DNA of 32,000 nt, from contig NZ_CP019633.1 of NCBI RefSeq assembly GCF_001997385.1, positions 2,820,001 to 2,852,000 of the forward strand. Reading direction: 5' to 3'. Below, piece after piece: positions 15,870-23,342 of this stretch (the stretch's first letter is position 1; every line of letters begins with the position of its first letter). Both the position numbers and the translations under genes were made by a program. Below the pieces are notes generated by a model that did no database searches, was not told the origin of the DNA, and saw only the letters and a list, made by a program, of their open reading frames with translations. This DNA comes from Sedimentisphaera cyanobacteriorum (GTDB lineage: Bacteria > Planctomycetota > Phycisphaerae > Sedimentisphaerales > Sedimentisphaeraceae).

Positions 15870-16545
15870 TTGATTTTGACATCCCCGCCGCGAGCGTTTC
15901 GCCCGAATCGGTCGTGGTGAGCTCCTTCACGCAGCGGCCGAGGCCGGGCGAGTATGCGCGATTTGGCTCCTTTTGCGAAAAAAGCCATCGCCACACAGCG
16001 GAGCAGCTCTTAGCTGCCCGCCAAAATCCTAATGGAAAAAGCAGCGTGGGTGAGAAGCGTACGCCTTGCGGCGTTACGCTGTGCGTCCCAGCATCTTCGC
16101 AAATCCGGCTTATGTATGCTGGCGAGCCGGCCAAGCATACCACACTGCCCAGCGCGTCGGTGAGGGCGTATTCCACGCCGCCAGAAGCATCGCAAACCGA
16201 AATCAGCTCAGCGAAACCATTGCCGTAAACGTATTCATCCCCGGCGGCGAGCGTTTCGCCCGAATCGGTGGTGGTTAGCTCCTTCACGCAGCGGCCGAGC
16301 GGGTCGTACAGGCAGAACGTTTCCTCGCCGCCCGAGCTTCTCACAACCCTGCGCCCCAACGCATGGTATTTGTATTCGATCACTTGTCCTCCCGATTCAA
16401 CTGAGACCAACGCACCTCCGGCAGAATATTCATACTTATTCCCGCCGTCATAAATCATATTGCCTGCATTATCATACTGGATTTCGGAATCGCTTTCAAG
16501 AGAATTCAACTCGGCGATTTCTGAAACGAGAGGGTTTTTAGCTGA
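15865..16545 (-). pseudogene. Orphan RHS/YD-repeat fragment (no N-terminus, no toxin tip) carrying element E copy C in frame
   Basis: The reverse strand reads YDNAGNMIYDGGNKYEYSAGG...VIEYKYHALGRRVVRSSGGEETFCLYDPLGRCVKELTTTDSGETLAAGDEYVYGNGFAELISV...YALTDALGSVVCLAGSPAY-[E]-SPGLGRCVKELTTTDSGETLAAG, then MSKSS*. The frame opens right after a stop near 16546 and has no credible start. The LGRCVKELTTTDSGETLAAG segment occurs twice. Confidence 0.65.
15952..16119. repeat. Element E, copy C (156-nt core flanked by GTATGC direct repeats)
   Basis: GTATGC is at 15952-15957 and 16114-16119. The core 15958-16113 is exactly 156 nt and differs from copy B by about six substitutions by eye. Confidence 0.85.
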
Positions 16546-16661
16546 TTAGATTTTCAGCCACTGAGAAACGCTAAGAAGCACTAAGGGGATAATTTTAGAC
16601 AGAATCTTTTTAGTTCCAGGCAATGATAAGGGGAAAGTTTTTCTCCTGCAGCTGCCGCTGC

Positions 16662-16698
16662 CTCTCCGCCTGCGGCGGACAGGCTCAATGTTAAACAT
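16662..16698. repeat. 37-nt direct repeat, left copy (contains the TCCGCC-TGC-GGCGGA hairpin)
   Basis: CTCTCCGCCTGCGGCGGACAGGCTCAATGTTAAACAT recurs at 17107-17144 with one extra T. Confidence 0.8.
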
Positions 16699-16703
16699 CC
16701 CCC

Positions 16704-16831
16704 GTACTACAGCGGAGTCCGCCTGCGGCGGACCCGCTAGGCATTCTTTTAGAATAGATTTTTCGCTTAACGCCGGCTCTTCACGTTTCGCTATCCTAGC
16801 GGGTCCGCCACGGCGAACACCGCTGTACGAC
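16704..16831. repeat. R2 hairpin element: ~37-nt imperfect inverted repeats around a ~53-nt spacer (MITE/REP-like)
   Basis: The 5' arm is GTACTACAGCGGAGTCCGCCTGCGGCGGACCCGCTAGG (16704-16741). The 3' arm is CCTAGCGGGTCCGCCACGGCGAACACCGCTGTACGAC (16795-16831). The spacer contains CTCTTCACGTTTCGCT, which is shared with the element at 30455-30569. Confidence 0.75.
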
Positions 16832-17106
16832 GCTGCTTTATTAAGCAGCGAACCGCTGGCTCAGTCCGTAAATGCTGCGGCCAGCCTATAGTAGATACTG
16901 GCTGTCCGCTTATTTCACTGCCTGCGGCGGGACGGAATAAGTGGGCAGCAAACAGAGCGGAAACGGAGGCGAGATTTTTTAGACGGGATTTATAGGAGTA
17001 ACATGAAAAATATTTGGTACTGAAAAGTTGGATAGAAGTTTTTTCAGCCGCTGATCTGCTCTGATTTTTCACTAATATATTATATCTTCTCCGATAACTC
17101 CGCTAA

Positions 17107-17144
17107 CTCTCCGCCTGCGGCGGACAGGCTCAATGTTTAACATT
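17107..17144. repeat. 37-nt direct repeat, right copy
   Basis: CTCTCCGCCTGCGGCGGACAGGCTCAATGTTTAACAT matches 16662-16698. Confidence 0.8.
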
Positions 17145-17287
17145 CCTTTTAAATCGGTGGTTAAATTATTCTTAATTGAGGCGGTCTTGCTCATCACCCG
17201 CCGGAGAGCTGCCCCGCAATTTGATATTCTCCGCCAATGCGGGGGCTGAAGTTTTTACACAGAGATATCGGAGGAAGCGGAGGGGAG

Positions 17288-17555
17288 TTTTTTTTAACAG
17301 GATTAACAGGATTGACAGGATAAATATTAAATAAGGAAAAGGCGGAGAGAAATCTTTTGGCGGGTAATTTGCTTGAACCGCGAAAGACGCGAAGGGCGCG
17401 AAGATTTTGTTATAAATTGTTTTATTGCAATCGCTTACATTCATAAAAACATCTGTGCCATCCGTGCCATCTGTGGATAAAAATTTTACTAAAAAAATAT
17501 CCCCTTCGTGTGTTTCGCGGGCTTCGCGGTAAAAAAACATAAAATCTGTGGATAA
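17288..17555. repeat. Composite intergenic repeat R1, copy 2 (same orientation as copy 1)
   Basis: Contains AACAGGATT/AACAGGATT/GACAGGAT and GGCGGGTAATTTGCTTGAACC. The arm AACCGCGAAAGACGCGAAGGGCGCGAAG (17376-17404) pairs with CCTTCGTGTGTTTCGCGGGCTTCGCGGT (about 17503-17530). The core contains GTTATAAATTGTTTTAT and CATAAAAACATCTGTGCC. Track ORF 17172..17579 is a translation of this repeat. Confidence 0.8.
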
Positions 17556-17705
17556 TAAACTTCGATTCGGAATAAACACGAGTCATCGTTTATGCGCTAA
17601 GGCCATCAATTAAAAACAAATTCTTATAGGGTGCTTCGCTATGATGTGAATTATATGATTCGGCTAAAACTGCGAAGTCAGCAGCATATAACTCAAGCAG
17701 ATTAT

Positions 17706-18632
17706 CTAAGCCCTCCGGCTCTCAAGGAAGGCCTGCATATCTCGAGGGATTTTTGCAGAGATCGCCCGTTTCTTCCCGCACGGAAGGATTAGCTCAAGTT
17801 TTTTGCTGTGCAGGGCGGTTCTTTTGAGTTCGGGGGACTCAAGAAGCCGGCCGCCGTAGAGCGGATCGTTTGCAAGCGGGCAGCCTATATGTTCAAGGTG
17901 AACGCGAATCTGATGCGTTCGGCCAGTGAATATCTCGATTTCGACAAGAGCAAAATCGCCCATCTGTTCAACAACTCTGTAAGCTGTTTTTGCGTCCCTT
18001 CCGTCCGGACGCACCGCCTGCTTGTGGATATTCTCATTTGGGTGGTCTCCGAGCGGGACGTCTATAATGCCCTCATCCTCAGCGAAATTCGAGCTTACAA
18101 TCGCATTGTAAATCTTGTGCGTTGTTCGCTTTTGGAACTGCTCGCAAAGGAAGGCGTTTGCTCGGGCGTGCTTGCTGAAGACAACAGCTCCTGAGGTGTC
18201 CTTGTCGAGCCTGTGCACAACATCAGGCGAGAATCTCCCTGCGGCATAATGATAAAGCCCGTTGAGAAGCGTGCCGTTCGGGTTGCCCCTGCCCGGATGA
18301 ACGATAGCGCCCGGGGCCTTGTTCACCGCTACCACATCCTCATCCTCATAAATGACCTCAAGCTCCATCGCCTCAGGTTCGATCTCTCGGGAGGGGAGGG
18401 TGAGCTTTATTAAATCGCCCGAACAGAGCTTGCGGGAGGGCTTGGCCTTTACGCCGTTCACGAGAATCTCCTGCTGACGGATTACCCGCTGCATCTTCTG
18501 CCGGCTGAGCTGCCCGAACCTGCTGCACAGGTAGCTGTCGAGACGCACGTCCTGCTTGCCTCCGCCGACTCTCATCTCAAGCTCTTCGCCGGGGATAAAC
18601 GGGATCTGTCTTTCTGATTCTGCCTGTGCCAA
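17706..18632 (-). CDS. rluD: RluA-family pseudouridine synthase, RluD-like (S4 domain plus catalytic domain)
   Basis: S4-like N-terminus is VRLDSYLCSRFGQLSRQKMQRVIRQQEILVNG. The catalytic motif is HRLDKDTSGAVVFSK, followed by TGRTHQIRVHL. The listed start at 18632 is TTG. An in-frame ATG at 18578 is an alternative. Confidence 0.85.
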   Translation of the reverse strand: MAQAESERQIPFIPGEELEMRVGGGKQDVRLDSYLCSRFGQLSRQKMQRVIRQQEILVNGVKAKPSRKLCSGDLIKLTLPSREIEPEAMELEVIYEDEDVVAVNKAPGAIVHPGRGNPNGTLLNGLYHYAAGRFSPDVVHRLDKDTSGAVVFSKHARANAFLCEQFQKRTTHKIYNAIVSSNFAEDEGIIDVPLGDHPNENIHKQAVRPDGRDAKTAYRVVEQMGDFALVEIEIFTGRTHQIRVHLEHIGCPLANDPLYGGRLLESPELKRTALHSKKLELILPCGKKRAISAKIPRDMQAFLESRRA

Positions 18633-18684
18633 AGTTAATAGTCTCTTCCGGGAATTATATAAAAGCCTTGCGGCGTGTGATAAT

Positions 18685-18900
18685 CTAACCTATATACAGC
18701 TCCACAGCCTCATGCTTGCTTCCCCAATCACTCGGCAGATTTAAGTTGTTAAAATTTTCTGAATTAACCAAAACAATTGAGGAAGGATAATAATGCCCGT
18801 CTTTAGGCGATTCTTTGAAGTAAACAGCTCTCATTTGATTGTCGCTGAAAGAAGGCGCGTCATCCAGAATTTCTGCCAGCTGTTTTATTTTGTTTTCCAT
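18685..18900 (-). CDS. Hypothetical small protein (71 aa)
   Basis: ATG 18900 is preceded by TTGAGGTTGATT, the same RBS context as the gene at 7564. I recognised no motif. The track start at 18912 is TTG. Confidence 0.4.
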   Translation of the reverse strand: MENKIKQLAEILDDAPSFSDNQMRAVYFKESPKDGHYYPSSIVLVNSENFNNLNLPSDWGSKHEAVELYIG

Positions 18901-19088
18901 AATCAACCTCAATTAGAAAATGAATATTTGCCTGCAAAATATTAAACCATAACAATTTATGCTGTCAATGGATTTACTGCACTTGTATTCGCCCCCAGTT
19001 AACGCCCGCAATTTGACAAATCAATCAGCTCGGCAAGCCGAACAGCTCGGCGTTTTTGCTGCTTTGCCGATGGTTTTGAAAAAACAAT

Positions 19089-19634
19089 TCACAGAAAAGC
19101 GATGCCTGCCAAGGCTCCGAGGAGAATGAAAATCGCAGGGTGGAGCTTTCGGAAGAATCTCAGCAGTGCAAACAGGGCGAAGAGGATTATGCAGCGGAAG
19201 TTTAGGATATCCCCGGATTGTGCTATTGGTCCGGCCAGCGCATTTGAAGCGATAAAGAAAACCGCTGCACCGATAAGCCCTATCACTGCCGGCCTTATTC
19301 GCTTCATTACTGCATTTACATATCTGTTGTCAGAATAGCTTGAGATTGAGCGTATAATTAGGATACTGATTATGTATGCAGGGGTTAAAAGTCCTGTCGA
19401 TGCTATAACCGCTCCCGGGAACGAGCCCACGGTATAGCCGATGTATGAGGCTAAATTTATTCCTATAGGGCCGGGAGTGGATTGGGAAACAGCTATCATA
19501 TCAACGAATTCGTGCTGGCTTATCCAGCCGCCTTCCACGAGAAAATCCTGAAGAATCGGCAGAGATGCAAGCCCGCCCCCGAAGGTGAAAAGCCCTGTTA
19601 TGAAAAATATAGTATAAAGGTTCAGATAAATCAT
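19089..19634 (-). CDS. Chromate transporter (CHR) family, short-chain, second half-protein
   Basis: Motifs GGGLASLPILQDFLVEGGWISQHEFVDMIAVSQSTPGPIGINLASYIGY. Multiple TM segments. The ATG overlaps the upstream stop as ATGA at 19631-19634. Confidence 0.85.
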   Translation of the reverse strand: MIYLNLYTIFFITGLFTFGGGLASLPILQDFLVEGGWISQHEFVDMIAVSQSTPGPIGINLASYIGYTVGSFPGAVIASTGLLTPAYIISILIIRSISSYSDNRYVNAVMKRIRPAVIGLIGAAVFFIASNALAGPIAQSGDILNFRCIILFALFALLRFFRKLHPAIFILLGALAGIAFL

Positions 19635-20185
19635 TCTCCGCCTTTCTGCCTTTCCCGCACTAACGCATAAAAGATAACCGCCGCCACAAACAGCACCGGC
19701 GAGATGATCTGCAGTGTTACAGCAGTAAAACCTATCGCGGCCAGCAGGCCGCCGGTATAATCCTTTATTGCTCTTCTGCCCATATTAACGAGCGTGTATA
19801 TTATCATTACAGCAACAGCAATACGCACTCCTGCAAACGCCTTCTGCACGTATATATAGTCTTGAAAGCCCGATAGAAACGCAGCTATCAGCGAGATGAT
19901 TATCACAGAAGGCCCAACTACGCCTATGCCTGCGAAGATTGTGCCGAGAACGCCTGCCTGACGGTATCCCACAAACGCCGCCACATTTATTGCGATAACG
20001 CCCGGGGTTGCCTGCCCGATTGCGTAGTAGTCGAGCATTTCCTCCTCGCTTACCCAGCCCCGCTTTCCAACTACCTCACGGCTGAGCATCGGCAGCATTG
20101 CATATCCCCCGCCCACAGTAAAGAGTCCCACACGGGCGAAAGAGATTAGAAGTTTGCCGAGTATATTCTTTTCCAAGGCATTCAC
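19631..20185 (-). CDS. Chromate transporter (CHR) family, short-chain, first half-protein
   Basis: Motifs GGGYAMLPMLSREVVGKRGWVSEEEMLDYYAIGQATPGVIAINVAAFVGY. A GTG start at 20185 sits one base after the ABC-F stop. Confidence 0.85.
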   Translation of the reverse strand: MNALEKNILGKLLISFARVGLFTVGGGYAMLPMLSREVVGKRGWVSEEEMLDYYAIGQATPGVIAINVAAFVGYRQAGVLGTIFAGIGVVGPSVIIISLIAAFLSGFQDYIYVQKAFAGVRIAVAVMIIYTLVNMGRRAIKDYTGGLLAAIGFTAVTLQIISPVLFVAAVIFYALVRERQKGGE

Positions 20186-20186
20186 C

Positions 20187-22148
20187 TTACCCTAATTTCC
20201 ATTCATACGCCTTGTAAAGCAGTTCCAGCTCGCTCTCGGCGATGTTTACCTGCTCCTGAAGTTCGCCCATTTTTTTGTGATCTTTGTAGTATTCTTCAAG
20301 GCCGAATTTATCTTTGAGCTCTTCGATAAGGGATTCCTTTTCCATAATAAAATCCTCAATATCCTCCGGCCTGTACTTGTTAAACGGTTTGAGCTCTTCG
20401 GGCGCGGTTTTCCTTTCTTTGTGCCTTTTGTTTTTGCGTACAGGCGTTTGCGATTTGGTGGATTCTTCGCTGTATTTTTTCTTCAGGGCATCCTGCGCGC
20501 GTCTGGCAGCGGTGTTGTAATATTCGGTGTAGAGCTTTTCACCCGGCCCGAAGAATTCGTGCCTGCCCATCTGTTTTCTGCCGCATTCATCAACCCCAAT
20601 CACCATCAGCAGGTCGCATATCTTATCGATGAAGTATCGGTCGTGGCTTACGAAAATTACCGTGCCTTCAAATTCCTGAAGGGCGGTTTCGAGGGCCTCC
20701 TTGCTGGCGATATCCAAGTGGTTTGTGGGCTCGTCGAGAACCAGCACATCCGGCCTTTCAAGCACCAGCCGGCAGAGCATAAGTCTGTTTCGCTCGCCTC
20801 CGGAGAGATTCTCAACCCTCTTGAAAACCTCGTCCCCGAAAAAGAGGAACGCCCCGAGAACATTTCTTGCCTGTTCGGGCTTGAGGTCTTTTCTCAGCCG
20901 GAGGATCTCATCGATTACGGATGATTCTGGCAAAAGCTCTTCTCCCTGCTGGTCTAAATAGCCCACATTCAGATTATTGCCGAATTTTATCTTGCCGGTA
21001 TCCTGAGCGATTTTGCCCAGAGCAATCTTCAAAAGCGTACTCTTGCCCGTCCCGTTTGGGCCGGTTACTGCGAGGCTCTGGCCGAGAGTGAGGTCGAAAT
21101 TGAGCTCTGAGAAGAGCTTTAGCTCTCCGTATGCCTTGCTCAGCGATCTGCACTTGAGCACGTTATGGCTGAAGTTTTTGATGTCTTCGAAGCTGAAGGA
21201 GAGCGTGCGGATTTTCTGCTGAGTTTCGAGAAAGTCCGGATTCTCCTCGAGAAGTCTTTCAAGGCGTTTGGCTCTGCCCCTCGCTACGCGCCTCATCCCC
21301 ACATCGTTGCGGTTGCGCGCGATGAAGTCCATTTCCTTATCCACCATCTTTTGGCGTTTTTCCTGCTCGCGTTCTCGGCGGATTCTGTCGTTCTCTTTGC
21401 TTTCGAGGAACTGGGAATAATTGCCTTTCCATAATGTGGCCTTCATATTCTCAAGCTCAGCGATCTTCACTGCCACCTTATCGAGCAGGAATCTGTCGTG
21501 GCTTATGATCAGAGCGGCGCCGGGATAGTTTTTGAGGAAATTTTCGAGCCATTCGGTTGCTGCAAGGTCGAGGTGGTTGGTCGGCTCATCCAGAAGCAGA
21601 AGGTCGCTGCCAGTTATCAGCACTGAGGCAAGTCCGAGGCGGGAGAGCTGCCCGCCGCTGAGCTGACAAACCTTGTTCCCGTACAGTTCCTCGCCCAGAC
21701 CTACGCCAGAGAGAATCATCTTAATCCTCGTGTCGATGTCGTATCCGCCGGCGAGTTCAAATTTCAGGCTGAGCTGTTCATATCTGGCCATAGCCTTCTC
21801 GAGCGATTGGCCGGATTTAGTTTCAAGCTCTGAGGCTGCCTGTTCCACCTGCTCTTCGAGCTCGTAGATGTGCGAGAGGTTTTCCTGCATTATATCTATT
21901 ACGGTTTTTTCCTTCTCGAAGAAAGGCTCCTGAGGCAGATACCCTATAGAATAATCCTTTCGGCTGAGGATTTCGCCGCCGTCGGGGGTTTCCTTCCCGA
22001 GGATCATCTTGAAAAGCGTTGTTTTTCCTGTGCCGTTGTTGCCGATAAGACCGATTTTTTCCTTGCGGTATATCTTCATATCGAGCCCTGAAAAGAGCTT
22101 GTTTGTTCCGAATGATTTCTCTATGTTTTTAAGCTGCAGAAGCGGCAT
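20187..22148 (-). CDS. ABC-F family ATPase (Uup/EttA-like translation factor type; no membrane domain)
   Basis: Two ABC cassettes are present: GLIGNNGTGKTT / LSGGQLSRLGLA / LLLLDEPTNHLD, and VTGPNGTGKST / LSGGERNRLMLC / VLVLDEPTNHLD. They are joined by a charged linker, and the C-terminal tail is coiled-coil-like. Confidence 0.9.
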   Translation of the reverse strand: MPLLQLKNIEKSFGTNKLFSGLDMKIYRKEKIGLIGNNGTGKTTLFKMILGKETPDGGEILSRKDYSIGYLPQEPFFEKEKTVIDIMQENLSHIYELEEQVEQAASELETKSGQSLEKAMARYEQLSLKFELAGGYDIDTRIKMILSGVGLGEELYGNKVCQLSGGQLSRLGLASVLITGSDLLLLDEPTNHLDLAATEWLENFLKNYPGAALIISHDRFLLDKVAVKIAELENMKATLWKGNYSQFLESKENDRIRREREQEKRQKMVDKEMDFIARNRNDVGMRRVARGRAKRLERLLEENPDFLETQQKIRTLSFSFEDIKNFSHNVLKCRSLSKAYGELKLFSELNFDLTLGQSLAVTGPNGTGKSTLLKIALGKIAQDTGKIKFGNNLNVGYLDQQGEELLPESSVIDEILRLRKDLKPEQARNVLGAFLFFGDEVFKRVENLSGGERNRLMLCRLVLERPDVLVLDEPTNHLDIASKEALETALQEFEGTVIFVSHDRYFIDKICDLLMVIGVDECGRKQMGRHEFFGPGEKLYTEYYNTAARRAQDALKKKYSEESTKSQTPVRKNKRHKERKTAPEELKPFNKYRPEDIEDFIMEKESLIEELKDKFGLEEYYKDHKKMGELQEQVNIAESELELLYKAYEWKLG

Positions 22149-22161
22149 TTAACCTCTCGAT

Positions 22162-23211
22162 TCAGTATATAAGCATCGCATCGCCGTAAGAGAAGAAGCG
22201 GTATCTTTTCTCTACGGCGTGTTTGTAGGCTGTCATAATCTTATCCATCCCCGCAAACGCCCCCACAAGCGCAAGCAGTGTGGAGCGGGGCAGATGGAAG
22301 TTTGTAATCATCGCATCAACTATATTAAATTTCACCCCGGGCACAATGAATAGCCTCGTTTCGCCCGAGCAGGCTTCGAGCTTTCCGCCTGCGGCAGCCG
22401 TCTCCAGCGTTCTAACGCTTGTAGTCCCCACGGCTATTATCCTGCCTCCGTTTTCTTTTGCGGCGTTTATCTTCTCAGCTGCATCTTTGCTTAGATTGTA
22501 TTTCTCGCTGTGTATCTCGTGGTTGGAGAGCTCGCTCGCTGTAACGGGCTTAAACGTTCCTGCGCCCACATGAAGCGTAACCCTTGAAGTATGAACGCCT
22601 TTCTTTTCGAGAGAGCTGAGGATCTGTTCGGTGAAATGCAGGCCTGCTGTAGGCGCTGCAACAGCCCCTTCCTTTTTCGCAAAAACTGTCTGATAGCGTT
22701 TTCTGTCCATCTCGGGGTTCTCGCCCCCGCCCGGGCGGGATATATATGGCGGCAGGGGGGCGTATCCTATGTTATCGAGCACTTCCTCTGCAGGCCGGTC
22801 GGTTTCGGGCTCTATAAACCAGCTCCCGTCGCCCATTCTGTGGCAGGCAAGAGCCTTCATATACACCTCTTTATCCCTGTTCAAGAGCAGAATTTTCTCA
22901 CCCGGCTTCACCTTCCTAGCGTTTCGAAGCATTATATGCCATGCATTTTCGCCTGCCTGCCCGAGATAAAGCCCTTCAAGCGAGGCTCCTGTCTCTCGTT
23001 TGGCAAAGAAGCGAGCCGAGAGAACCTTCGTGTCATTGAGTACGAGGCAGTCTCCTACGCGCAGATAATCGCCGATATCGCTGAAAAGCCTGTCATCGAG
23101 CGTCCCGTTTTGCTTATCCAAAACGAGAAGCCGAGAGCTGCTTCTTGCATCAGCAGGCTTTTGTGCGATCAGTTCTTCCGGCAGATAATATTCAAGGTCT
23201 TTTGTTTTCAT
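22162..23211 (-). CDS. queA: S-adenosylmethionine:tRNA ribosyltransferase-isomerase
   Basis: Motifs YYLPEELIAQKPADARSSSRLLVL, YQTVFAKKEGAVAAPTAGLHFT, AVGTTSVRTLE, RFFSYGDAMLI. Confidence 0.95.
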   Translation of the reverse strand: MKTKDLEYYLPEELIAQKPADARSSSRLLVLDKQNGTLDDRLFSDIGDYLRVGDCLVLNDTKVLSARFFAKRETGASLEGLYLGQAGENAWHIMLRNARKVKPGEKILLLNRDKEVYMKALACHRMGDGSWFIEPETDRPAEEVLDNIGYAPLPPYISRPGGGENPEMDRKRYQTVFAKKEGAVAAPTAGLHFTEQILSSLEKKGVHTSRVTLHVGAGTFKPVTASELSNHEIHSEKYNLSKDAAEKINAAKENGGRIIAVGTTSVRTLETAAAGGKLEACSGETRLFIVPGVKFNIVDAMITNFHLPRSTLLALVGAFAGMDKIMTAYKHAVEKRYRFFSYGDAMLIY

Positions 23212-23342
23212 TTGTATGCTTCCGAGAATTTAAAGAGCGGGTATTATAGTCTTGAGGGGCTGATTTATCCACCCCTTAAAGCAAAAACTCCCCAAAGCCT
23301 TTCAGCTCCGGGGAGTATGCGTGATATTTGCAGTTTTTAAGC

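Noticed and set aside
12706-16119. Could the three E copies be a CRISPR array?
   Set aside because: The repeat unit is 156 nt, not 24-48 nt. The intervening segments are 1-1.8 kb and contain full genes. No cas genes are present.
12706-16119. Could E be an integron attC site, with KilA-N and AbiE as gene cassettes?
   Set aside because: The layout is superficially similar, with gene(s) followed by a conserved structured repeat and TA cargo. But I found no RYYYAAC/GTTRRRY core sites at the ends. The element is not one overall imperfect palindrome, the flanks are RHS coding remnants, and no intI or attI is in the window.
12706-16119. Diversity-generating retroelement template/variable repeats.
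   Set aside because: No reverse transcriptase is nearby. The few differences between copies are not concentrated at adenines. The repeats are not at the 3' end of an intact target gene.
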